Positions 30,571 to 39,457 of a stretch of 64,000 bases of DNA are shown piece by piece. A model generated the notes under the pieces. The model saw nothing but the letters and a program-made list of their open reading frames with translations, searched no databases and was not told where the DNA came from. How positions within the stretch are numbered: position 1 is the stretch's first letter; each line of letters begins with the position of its first letter. The position numbers were made by a program, and so were the translations under genes. The DNA is from Anaerolineae bacterium (GTDB taxonomy: Bacteria; Chloroflexota; Anaerolineae; DUEN01): the NCBI GenBank assembly GCA_025060615.1, contig JANXBS010000020.1, positions 7,319 through 71,318 on the forward strand. Direction: 5' to 3'.

Positions 30571-31317
30571 TCAGTCACTTGCCAGCCGCACCAGTTTCTC
30601 GCCGTCAATCAGCTCGATGGGCTTGCCGCGCGCCCAGCGGTGAGCCTGTGGCGAGATGTTGGCTGTCGTCACCAAATAGCCGCGGTCAGCTCCTTCATGG
30701 ATGATCACCGCATACAGGTCACGCACGATCGGCTCACCCACGGTGCCCCGATAGCGCTTACATTGGACGATGCCGCGCTCGCCATCCCGATCTACGATCA
30801 GATCAACCCCGTGATCGGCCGTATCCGGTGTGTTGATGACGCGATAGCCGCGGCGGCGGAAGAGCTCGCCTGTCCAGGCCTCGAATTCGCTGGGGGTGAG
30901 CTCAAGGAGTTGGGCCAGGGTGCGCGCTGCCCGCAGTTTCTCCTGGAGGCGCCGCCGCTCTCGTTCAGCGCGCCACCACAGCCATCCCCAAATGCCCCCT
31001 ACGAGGACCGTATGGGTGAGAAACACGGCCCACAGCCAGGATGAGGGGAGTAAGCGCAGGATGAAATCGAGCGGCCGACGGCCTGTGACAGCCCAGCTCA
31101 GGAAGAAGGGAAGATAGAGTAGGATCCAGGCGGCCGTCGCTATGGTCAGGGTACGCATGCCACGGCGGCGAACTCGCCGGATGCGAGCTCGCTGCCACGA
31201 GCGGCTTGCCGGAGGGGTGTAGTACGGCCCTAGCTCCAGACGAGCCTGCTCCTCTGGGTCAATGGTATCGGGGTCATATAGAGGAGAGAGCGATCGCTGC
31301 AATTCCTGCACAGGCAC
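30571..31317 (-). CDS. Membrane-anchored Mrr-type restriction endonuclease domain protein
   Basis: Two TM helices, then FE..T.ELF...GY, DHGVD, IVQCKRY, GYLVTT, IELIDG (Mrr_cat-like PD-QxK fold). Confidence 0.85.
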   Translation of the reverse strand: MPVQELQRSLSPLYDPDTIDPEEQARLELGPYYTPPASRSWQRARIRRVRRRGMRTLTIATAAWILLYLPFFLSWAVTGRRPLDFILRLLPSSWLWAVFLTHTVLVGGIWGWLWWRAERERRRLQEKLRAARTLAQLLELTPSEFEAWTGELFRRRGYRVINTPDTADHGVDLIVDRDGERGIVQCKRYRGTVGEPIVRDLYAVIIHEGADRGYLVTTANISPQAHRWARGKPIELIDGEKLVRLASD

Positions 31318-31577
31318 CCCCTGCTCAAGTCAATCCTAGGCTGCACCTAGCAATATGCGGTACTCCCTCAATAGAGGACCAACAGTGGCTTTAACAGTGC
31401 AATGGCGGCTTCCGCATCGCCTTTCTCCATACAGTTTAGCAGCCATCAGCGCAGCCGATCTCGCTGGCCGAGGGCCGCGATCGAGCCTGGACTCACGAGG
31501 GGGAAATCACTCTTCCCTGCGCTTTTGGGTCATAGACCACGGCCTTTCTCTGAGCGCCTCTAGAAGCCTTCGCCCTG

Positions 31578-31606
31578 AGGATACGTATTCTTAAGCATTC
31601 TGTCAA
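31578..31606 (-). promoter_or_regulatory. Sigma70 promoter (TTGACA-17-TATCCT) for the mrr-mltG pair
   Basis: Plus-strand TGTCAA 31601-06 and AGGATA 31578-83, with an exact 17-nt spacer. Confidence 0.65.
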
Positions 31607-31647
31607 GCGATACCCAAGCCTCTCTTTCCGGAGCGTGTACATTTGTC

Positions 31648-31676
31648 TTGTCTAATGGATGAAGGCGTGGTACCCT
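31648..31676 (+). promoter_or_regulatory. Divergent sigma70 promoter (TTGTCT-17-TG-TACCCT)
   Basis: 17-nt spacer with extended -10, about 50 nt upstream of GTG 31728. Confidence 0.5.
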
Positions 31677-31727
31677 GTAGAAGGCCTGTGAAAGTTTTTA
31701 GGGATCTGGTCTAGCTAGGAGAGAGCT

Positions 31728-32183
31728 GTGGGGCGGAACTGGAGACTTGTGATCTGGGTATTGCTGGGGTGGGCGCTGGCAGGCTGCGTGAATCGGCCAG
31801 CACAAGTGATCGTAGAATGGTCTACAGAGACGGAGGTCAACACCATTGGGTTTAACTTGTATCGGTCGGAGTCGCCAGAGGGGCCGTTCATCCGGGTGAA
31901 CGATCAGCTCATCCCTTCCTCCCCTGATCCGCTGGTAGGAGGCCACTATGTGTACACGGATACCCAGGTGGTCGCCGGCCGCACCTATTACTACGAGCTG
32001 GAGGATGTGGAGGCGAACGGGGTATCCACCCGCCACGGACCCATCGCCGTCACCGCGCAGCCGACATCGCCAGTCTGGGTATGGGCTGTTGCTGGTGCAG
32101 GCCTGGTGTTGGTGCTGGCCTTGGGCTGGCATGGGCTTCGTCATTTTTCGGCTGAATCGAGCCGCCCGGGGCAGCGTAGGTGA
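31728..32183 (+). CDS. Small lipoprotein with an FN3/Ig-like domain and a C-terminal TM helix
   Basis: SD AGGAGA; lipobox LAGC; EWST..E....GFNLYRS...YYYELEDVE..G...HGP; C-terminal VWVWAVAGAGLVLVLALGW plus basic tail. Confidence 0.75.
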   Translation: MGRNWRLVIWVLLGWALAGCVNRPAQVIVEWSTETEVNTIGFNLYRSESPEGPFIRVNDQLIPSSPDPLVGGHYVYTDTQVVAGRTYYYELEDVEANGVSTRHGPIAVTAQPTSPVWVWAVAGAGLVLVLALGWHGLRHFSAESSRPGQRR

Positions 32184-32301
32184 TCGCCCTCTCCGTAATC
32201 GAGGGCGTTGTCTTCGACTTCTAAAAGCCATCGCCTGGCTACGCGTACCAAGCCCGCTTCAGCGTGCCACTCCAGGGCGGTTCATCGCGCCCCTTGTTCT
32301 T

Positions 32302-34011
32302 TCAGCCCGACGATGGATCAGCCGGCTCGGCTTGCGCCGGCTGGATTCCGCCCCGTCGGGCGATCTCCCGTTGGAGGGATGTCAGCCAATCGGCCTTCTC
32401 ATGAAAGGCTACAGGGAACCAGGCCCAGCCCGATGGCAGTTCCGCATCCTTAGGTAGAACCTCACCGCTGGCGATCAAGGCCACACCGCCTATGTGACAG
32501 GGCACAGCCAAGGGCACGATGTACTCTTGCCCCGCCTCCTGGATCAGGTACTCCCGTTCGGCTTCAATGCCGCAGGCCTTCAGCTCAGCCCATAGGCGCT
32601 CTTGCCGTGAGTTGCCCATCCACAAGTCGTTGATCTCCTGCGCGCGGAGGAGGCGGGAGAGTGTGGTGGGGATGAAGGTGATGCGACGAAGGCGCCGGCT
32701 GGGGATGGGCCGTTCTAGCCGTCGCAGCGGGCCGAGCTCGATCTTATAGTAACGCTCGTAGGCGCGCGGGTGATTTGGTTCCTCGGGCAAGAGCTCCACC
32801 CGGGTCATGATGCGGTAGCGGCGTACCGGCGCGTAATAGTGAATCGCCCACGCCTCGTCGCCGAAGACGCGCGTCTGGTAGAAGGCTAAGTAGTCAGCCG
32901 CCACTAGGCGCGGCGCTCGCGCCAGCGGTATACGGTACCAGCCGGCCTCGCGGGCTAGGGCAAAGTCGCGCAGATTGTTCATGACCACTACGAGCACTCG
33001 GGCTTCCCCTTCGTCCCGATCCGGCCCGATAGCGTACAATTCAGGCGGTTCCATGATCTGACAGGCTCTTGGTTCCAGCCAGGTCGCCAATTCCGGGGCG
33101 TAGCGAGTCAGATCGGCCTGCAAGCGCAGCGCGGCCAGATCACACGCCCGCGCTTCCAACATGACATCGAACGGGCGTTGGCCTTTAGCAGCGCGTAGAA
33201 AGTGGATGAACTCGAAGGGATTCACGTAGTCGGCATGTTGCGTCCACAACGGTGGCTCCAGACGAGTCCCTGCTATTGTCTCGATCTGGCGCACCTCTGT
33301 GCGCGGAGAGGAAAAGTGCACTTTGGGACGCACGCCTTTGGGCCAGGTGTTCAACGCCAGATCGATGGCCTCGGCTAGCTCAATGCCTTCGGGGTTGTGA
33401 TTTAGATAGTGTAGATAGTCGAAGACCAGGGGGACGCCGGTGCGCCGGTGCACGCGGTAGACATCAGCCAGTGAGAAAATGCTGTCATCGTTCTCCAGGG
33501 CTAGACGGCGACGCGTGGCCTCAGGTAGGGCATCGTAGCGAGCGGCCCAGCGCGCGAGGGCTGCTTCGCGGTCCTCATAGGCTCCGCCGACGTGGACGAC
33601 GACCACTGCCTCAGGCCCCAGGCCCATCGCGTCTAGGATGCGCGCCAAGCCGATAAGGTAGCGCGCGGAACGCGCGGCAACGGCCTCCTCGGGCGAGCCC
33701 AGAGCTACATAGGCGCTGGGATGGAAAGACAGGCGCACCCCAAGCGCCGAGGCCATCTCCCCTACCAAGCTTAGCTCGGCCTCACACTCCTCAATCTGGT
33801 GGGCAAACTGTGGCAGGTCAGGATGAGCCAGGTATGGAGCTAGGTCAGCCGCCATGCGATACATGCGCAGGCCTGAGCGCTCCAGATAGCCCAGGATGTC
33901 ACGCAGATAAGCCAAGCTGACGCTGAGGTGAGGGGAATTCTGCCAACGCCGGGTGTCATGTGATTTAAGGCCAGCCTGGCCGAGCACTTTCACGGAAAAG
34001 CCGATGCGCAT
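32302..34011 (-). CDS. uvsE: UV damage endonuclease UvsE fused to a C-terminal PUA/EVE-like + degenerate DUF559-like region
   Basis: MYRMAADL, RLSFHP, VVHVGG, LALENDD, PLVFDYLH, PKVHFSS, HAD, DVMLEA in residues ~1-320, followed by ~235 extra residues. Confidence 0.85.
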   Translation of the reverse strand: MRIGFSVKVLGQAGLKSHDTRRWQNSPHLSVSLAYLRDILGYLERSGLRMYRMAADLAPYLAHPDLPQFAHQIEECEAELSLVGEMASALGVRLSFHPSAYVALGSPEEAVAARSARYLIGLARILDAMGLGPEAVVVVHVGGAYEDREAALARWAARYDALPEATRRRLALENDDSIFSLADVYRVHRRTGVPLVFDYLHYLNHNPEGIELAEAIDLALNTWPKGVRPKVHFSSPRTEVRQIETIAGTRLEPPLWTQHADYVNPFEFIHFLRAAKGQRPFDVMLEARACDLAALRLQADLTRYAPELATWLEPRACQIMEPPELYAIGPDRDEGEARVLVVVMNNLRDFALAREAGWYRIPLARAPRLVAADYLAFYQTRVFGDEAWAIHYYAPVRRYRIMTRVELLPEEPNHPRAYERYYKIELGPLRRLERPIPSRRLRRITFIPTTLSRLLRAQEINDLWMGNSRQERLWAELKACGIEAEREYLIQEAGQEYIVPLAVPCHIGGVALIASGEVLPKDAELPSGWAWFPVAFHEKADWLTSLQREIARRGGIQPAQAEPADPSSG

Positions 34012-34178
34012 ACGGTGGACTTCTCCTGGAAGGTAGCCCTATTGTGCATCCCTACAGTCACCGATGGCTTTCCAGATGAGAGAGTAGTATAATGTCCATG
34101 GAGTTTCATCCGGCAAAGAAACTCCATGATCTCTGAGTTCCGACCGTTGCAGTTCTTGCCCATAGGAGGGTGATTCAG

Positions 34179-35258
34179 ATGTCCGAAAAGACGGCATTCA
34201 CACCTCGCGAACGTGTCAGGCTGGCCCTTGACCACAAAGAGGCCGATCGCATCCCGATCCATGATAGTCCCTGGGCAGCCACGGTCGCTCGTTGGCAACG
34301 AGAGGGCTTGCCGGATGGCATCCCACCAGAGGAGTATTTCGGCTACGAATTGCGGCTGTTCAGCGTGGACCTCACCCCGCAGTATCCCGTGCGTGTCCTC
34401 TACCGATCTGAGGAATACATTGTTGAGACTACGCCTTACGGTGGCGTGCGTAAGAACCATCGGGATTACTCCACCACGCCTGAATTGATAGATTACGGGA
34501 TCAAGACACGGGAGGACTGGGAGGCAGCGAAACGTCGGCTCCAGCCGAGCTACACGCGTGTGGATTGGGTCAAGCTGCGCAACGACTACGAGCGGGCTCG
34601 CAGCGAGGACCTCTTCCTTGCCTACGCCGCCGTTACAGGATATGACCTGTGCCAGGCCTATATCCGTTCAGATGTCCTGCTCCCGCTATTGATCACCGAC
34701 CCTGACTGGATTCGCGACATTGCGGAAACGCAGGCCGATATGGTCATCGAGATGGCCAAGATCCTCATGCAGGAGGGATACGTCTTCGATGCGGCGTTTC
34801 TATTCAATGATATGGGATACCGCAACGGGCCGTTGTTCTCGCCGCGCCTCTATCGCGAGATCTTTCAGCCGGCTGATCGTCGCATGTTCGACTTCTTCCA
34901 CGCTCATGGGATGAAGGTCATCCTGCATTCCTGTGGCAACGTTAGGGAGTTCATCCCCGATCTGCTCGACATCGGCCTAGACTGCCTGCAGCCCTTAGAG
35001 GTCAAGGCCGGCATGGATCTGATCGAGTTGAAACAGCAGTATGGCAAGGACCTGGCGTTCATGGGCGGCATCGATGTGCGGGTCATGAGCGCCCCCGATC
35101 CGGCGGCGCTCGAAAGGGAGATTGCGACCAAGCTCACTGCGGCCAAGGTAGGCGGCGGTTACATTTACCACTCGGATCATTCGGTGCCCAACGACGTCTC
35201 GTTCGCCCAGTATTGCCGAGTATTGGACTTAGTGCGGCAATATGGGCAATACAGCTAG
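34179..35258 (+). CDS. Uroporphyrinogen-decarboxylase-family protein (MtaA/CmuA-like TIM barrel)
   Basis: RERVRLALDHKEADRIP, NDMG, ILHSCG, GGID, YIYHSDHSVP. Start ATG 34179 (SD AGGAGG). Confidence 0.8.
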   Translation: MSEKTAFTPRERVRLALDHKEADRIPIHDSPWAATVARWQREGLPDGIPPEEYFGYELRLFSVDLTPQYPVRVLYRSEEYIVETTPYGGVRKNHRDYSTTPELIDYGIKTREDWEAAKRRLQPSYTRVDWVKLRNDYERARSEDLFLAYAAVTGYDLCQAYIRSDVLLPLLITDPDWIRDIAETQADMVIEMAKILMQEGYVFDAAFLFNDMGYRNGPLFSPRLYREIFQPADRRMFDFFHAHGMKVILHSCGNVREFIPDLLDIGLDCLQPLEVKAGMDLIELKQQYGKDLAFMGGIDVRVMSAPDPAALEREIATKLTAAKVGGGYIYHSDHSVPNDVSFAQYCRVLDLVRQYGQYS

Positions 35259-35273
35259 TTTCTCCCCTAGAAA

Positions 35274-35314
35274 ATATGCCGAGGGGCGCTCGCTATCGTT
35301 GCCCCTCGGCATAT
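35274..35314. terminator. Bidirectional terminator-like hairpin
   Basis: Perfect 14-bp stem ATATGCCGAGGGGC / GCCCCTCGGCATAT between convergent stops at 35258 and 35323. Confidence 0.8.
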
Positions 35315-35322
35315 CGAACGCT

Positions 35323-36444
35323 TTACGGCACGCGGAAGCGGAAAACCCAGGGGCCCTGAATGCGTATCTCCTCGCCGGGACGAGCAGGATCCATCCCCAC
35401 TAGCTCCGTTACCGTGAGCTTCCATCGCCCTCGCCAGCTGGCTAGCGGGACGAAGAAGCTATAGCGATAACAGCCCATCTCCTCATGGGTAGCCCCTGAG
35501 ACGATCACCTCGGCACTAGCCCCCGTGTCGGCACGGCGCCTACTCCCTGCCTCTAGAGTGGCCACGGGCACCCAGTGTTCGCTCTTCCCCGTTGGTGGAT
35601 TAAAGCACAGGATGGCTCGCGTTTCGGAAGGGGTAACCACCACGCGCTCTAGTCGTATGGTTACATCACCCGTCTTCACGCTCCTATGGACCAAGGCAAC
35701 TCGACCTGGGATGAAGGGCACACTGAAGTCAAAAGTGAAGGGGCCAGCTAGCAACTCCTCACGCATCTGCATAGCGGGCGCAAGGGTCACAGTAGCGGCC
35801 GGCGGCAACTCAACCATGTTCTCCATAGGCTGTATGCCGCTCACCGGCATCAGGGCCACCAGATCTATTTTCAGATGCAGATTCAACGTCGTTGGCTGCC
35901 CCTGAATTGCTGACGCATCAAAGGCGGCAATATAGGCGCCCTGTCCAGGTGACAGTTGAACCCCCAAGATTTCAGACGCGCCCGCTATCCCCGCCCCTCC
36001 CATCTCAGGAAAGCGAGTGCCCTGGTCATCTGTCAGCGTGACTCTCGCCAGATTGGGATTTTGGTCCGGCGGTCCGCTCACGGTATAGCCCACTAGAATC
36101 TGATTGGCATCGGCATAGATTCGCTCCAGGGTGACCGTCCAGTCACCTATCGTCTGGCTGAGGTGCACCTTCTGAGTCAGATGCGTTTCTTCCACGTGCT
36201 GCCAGCTGCGAGCGAACTGGAACACTTGGCTTATTACTGGGCCGATGGCATAGGCTGCCGCGCCCACCATTAGGAATAGGCCTAGGGCCAAGATAGTCCA
36301 GCCTAAGCGGGTGATAGGCCGTGAGTGGACCTGGCGCACCTGAGGTGATACCTGAGCACGGATCGTTGGCCATAGATCCAAACTATTGGGCACTTCCTGC
36401 TCAGCCAACTCGCGCAATAGGCGTGTAAAGCGATGCTCTGTCAT
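35323..36444 (-). CDS. Probable transmembrane anti-sigma factor (DUF4179-like extracytoplasmic domain)
   Basis: Short N-terminus (LDLWPTIR), one TM, SQTIGDWTVTLERIYADANQILVGY...LTDDQG, and a second Ig-like repeat; directly downstream of an ECF sigma gene. Confidence 0.7.
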   Translation of the reverse strand: MTEHRFTRLLRELAEQEVPNSLDLWPTIRAQVSPQVRQVHSRPITRLGWTILALGLFLMVGAAAYAIGPVISQVFQFARSWQHVEETHLTQKVHLSQTIGDWTVTLERIYADANQILVGYTVSGPPDQNPNLARVTLTDDQGTRFPEMGGAGIAGASEILGVQLSPGQGAYIAAFDASAIQGQPTTLNLHLKIDLVALMPVSGIQPMENMVELPPAATVTLAPAMQMREELLAGPFTFDFSVPFIPGRVALVHRSVKTGDVTIRLERVVVTPSETRAILCFNPPTGKSEHWVPVATLEAGSRRRADTGASAEVIVSGATHEEMGCYRYSFFVPLASWRGRWKLTVTELVGMDPARPGEEIRIQGPWVFRFRVP

Positions 36445-36501
36445 TGGTTTCCCTCCTCGATTACAGAAAATCTCAGCAGGCGTTCAGGAAGGCGAAGCTG
36501 A

Positions 36502-37068
36502 TCAAGGCGAGTCATCCCACAATGGGCGCAGAAGCGCGCGCAGGCGCTCACGTGCAGCGTGCAACCGCCACTTGACTGTGCCCGTCGGGCAGGCTAGTGT
36601 ATCGGCCAGCTCAGCCTCATTCAGGCCCAGGTAGTAGCGCAGGACGATCGCTGCCCGTTGCGTCGGAGGCAAAGATTCTAACGCAACCCGGACGGCCTGA
36701 CTCGTCTCGGCAGCCTCGGCCAACTCCACCGGCCCAGGGGCTGGATCGGCCAGAGATTCCACCCAAGATGCCTCATCGTCCAGCTCCGCCTCCAGGGAAA
36801 TCTGGCGCTCACGCTGGGCAGCGGCCTTCACTGCGTCGTTGACGACGCTGCGCAGGAACCAAGGACCGAAGGGCCGGCCACTGTCGAACTGGCTGATACG
36901 CTCGTAGGCCCGTAGGAAAGCCGCTTGAACGATGTCTTCAGCCAAGGCTCGATCTCGGGTGATCAATGTGGCGGCCCGCACTGCTTGTACCTGATAGCGA
37001 CGGACCAGCACTTCTAGCCCGGAGATGTCCCCCCGTTTTAACCGGGCGATCGCCTCGTGCTCTTCCAT
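36502..37068 (-). CDS. ECF RNA polymerase sigma-70 factor
   Basis: LAEDIVQAAFLRAY...F.PWFLR, LPPTQRAAIVLRYY, CPTGTVKWRLHAARERLR. Start moved to ATG 37068 (SD GGAGG). Confidence 0.93.
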   Translation of the reverse strand: MEEHEAIARLKRGDISGLEVLVRRYQVQAVRAATLITRDRALAEDIVQAAFLRAYERISQFDSGRPFGPWFLRSVVNDAVKAAAQRERQISLEAELDDEASWVESLADPAPGPVELAEAAETSQAVRVALESLPPTQRAAIVLRYYLGLNEAELADTLACPTGTVKWRLHAARERLRALLRPLWDDSP

Positions 37069-37806
37069 GCACGCCCCTCCCCAAAAGTGAGAAGAAGATA
37101 ATCGTGAGGGCCCTCTACAGACATTATCCTTAAGCAGGAAAAAAGGTTGGGAGGACTCAGAATTGGAGAAACTTAGCCAGCAAAATAGGGGAAGGCGGCA
37201 CTGCCTAGTAAAGACCATTGTAGTGACGCCCGCAAAGGGCCAACACGAAGCTTAGCTCTGCCAGGGGTTCGCGCACCTGACGCACAAGAAGGGACGCCTA
37301 TGGTCGTAGAGATGCGGGTTTGCGTACAACTGGTGGCGAAATCAATAAAAAAAGTCAGCGCGCTTTTCAGGTCACAACTGTATGCTCCGACCGAACCGGC
37401 ATTGCTGTCATTGATTACTTCCATGGTCCGGTCAGAACCAGTGCCGTAACGCGCGTACATAGGCGCATAGTCACTTCTGACGTAGCTGATGCACAGGGAG
37501 CCATCCGATCGCAGCACTAGAGAAAAGTTAGCATTGGTTAGGCAGACGCTTGACTCGTATCACATGCTTTCCGATCCCTAGACATCTCGTTAGCTATACT
37601 AGCTCGGACAACCATACTCACGACATCGGCGAAGCGTCCTATAGTGGGCACATTTTTCGAACTGAATTGGCTGATGAATGGCACAGAAAGACAGCAGCAA
37701 CGCTCCAAAGACGCTCAGAGGCAAGCGGAACACTACAGTGGCAAGAGAAAGCTCATATCGACAAGAACCTCCCGTTGGCTAACATCATTGCCTCATCTCT
37801 CTTATC

Positions 37807-39441
37807 TCATGGCAGCTCTACGAACTTCACCCAATACGTATAGGGCATTGCAGCGATCTGGGTCATCAGCTCCGGGGGCACGCGCTCATCCAATCCCAGC
37901 ACCATAATGGCCTCACCCCGAGGGGTACGCCGGCCCACGTGCATGAAGGCGATATTGATGTCATTAGCACCGAGCAGGGTGCCCAGCCGGCCGATGACGC
38001 CAGGGCGATCTTGATGGCGGTCGAGCAGCAGGAAGCCCTGGGCCGGAAATGCCACCCACAGATCGTCAATCGCGACGATATAAGGCACCCCCTGTACCAC
38101 TGAGCCGCGTAGCACGAGGGAAGTCCCACTTGTAGTCAATTGCAGCGTCAGTAAGTTCTCATAACGCTCGGTGTGCTGGCGCTGCTTTCGCTCGATTAAG
38201 CGCAACCCGCGTCGCTCAGCGATCAAACGAGCGTTGACCAGGTTGATCCGTTCCTCCACCACCTCGGCCAGCAGGCCCTTAAGCGCGGCTGCAGATAAGT
38301 AGGCGATCTCGTATTCGGCGATGGGACCGAGGGCGGTGAGCTCGACCTGCTGGACGTTGGCATGTTCAAACTGGGCGGCAAATCGTCCCATGCGCTCAGC
38401 CAAGTCAATGTAGGGGGTGAGCGCCTCCATTGCTTTGGGCGGGATAATAGGCACGTTGACGGCGTTCTGCGCGATCTTACCATCCAGCACAGCCAACACT
38501 TGCTCGATAACGTCCAGAGCCACGCGCTCTTGCGCTTCGGCAGTGGAGCCGGCGATATGCGGGGTGAGCACGATGTTCGGGTGCGTACGCAGAGGATCGT
38601 TCGGAGCCAACGGCTCATGTTCATAAACGTCCAGGGCGGCGCCGGCGACCTGGCCCGACTCCAGCGCTTCCAGCAAAGCGGCCTCGTCCACGATCCCACC
38701 ACGAGCGCAGTTGACGATACGCACCCCACGCTTGCAGCGGGCTAGCCTCTCGCGGTTGAGCAGCCCGCGCGTGCTCTCGGTGAGCGGCAGGTGCAGGGTG
38801 ATGAAGTCTGACTCGGCGAGCAGGCGCTCGAGCGGGACCAACTCCACCCCCAGGTTCGCTGCGTACTCGGCGCTGACGTAAGGATCGTACGCGATCACTT
38901 TCATACGTAGCCCTTGGGCCCGCGTGGCCACCAGTGAGCCGATACGTCCCAGCCCTACGGTGCCCAGCACCTTGTCCTGCACCTCGACGCCGATAAACCG
39001 GTGGCGATCCCACTCGCCGCGGCGCATGGAGGCATCAGCCTGAGGGATGTTGCGGGCCAATGCCAGTAGGAGCGCAATGGTGTGTTCGGCCGCGGCGATG
39101 ATGTTACCAGTGGGCGCGTTAACCACCACCACGCCGGCCTGGGTGGCAGCTTCCACGTCAATGTTATCAATTCCCACCCCTGCGCGGCCGATCACCCGCA
39201 GCCGCGGCGCGGCGGCGATCATCTTGGCGGTGACCTTGACGCCGCTGCGCACGATCAGCGCGTCGTAGTCCGGCAGGATCGCCAGCAGCTCATCCGGCTT
39301 CAGAGGATATCGCTCATCCACCTCAGCGCGAGCGCGCAGTCGCTCAATCCCCACGGGCGACAACGGATCGGCGACCAAAATCCTTGGGCGATCGCCTGAT
39401 GAAGCCTGTTTCTCTCTCAGCTCAATTGTTGTGAGCGCCAA
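37807..39441 (-). CDS. serA: D-3-phosphoglycerate dehydrogenase (type I, ASB + ACT domains)
   Basis: RAGVGIDNID, NAPTGN, GLGRIG, NCARGG, LTPHIAGSTAE, DRPGVIGRLG; TTG start with SD AAGGAGG. Confidence 0.95.
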   Translation of the reverse strand: MALTTIELREKQASSGDRPRILVADPLSPVGIERLRARAEVDERYPLKPDELLAILPDYDALIVRSGVKVTAKMIAAAPRLRVIGRAGVGIDNIDVEAATQAGVVVVNAPTGNIIAAAEHTIALLLALARNIPQADASMRRGEWDRHRFIGVEVQDKVLGTVGLGRIGSLVATRAQGLRMKVIAYDPYVSAEYAANLGVELVPLERLLAESDFITLHLPLTESTRGLLNRERLARCKRGVRIVNCARGGIVDEAALLEALESGQVAGAALDVYEHEPLAPNDPLRTHPNIVLTPHIAGSTAEAQERVALDVIEQVLAVLDGKIAQNAVNVPIIPPKAMEALTPYIDLAERMGRFAAQFEHANVQQVELTALGPIAEYEIAYLSAAALKGLLAEVVEERINLVNARLIAERRGLRLIERKQRQHTERYENLLTLQLTTSGTSLVLRGSVVQGVPYIVAIDDLWVAFPAQGFLLLDRHQDRPGVIGRLGTLLGANDINIAFMHVGRRTPRGEAIMVLGLDERVPPELMTQIAAMPYTYWVKFVELP

Positions 39442-39457
39442 AGTTTCCCTCCTTCAT

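Noticed and set aside
34179-35258. Calling this gene hemE
   Set aside because: It has HxC/HSDH motifs of the methyltransferase-like branch and no tetrapyrrole context.
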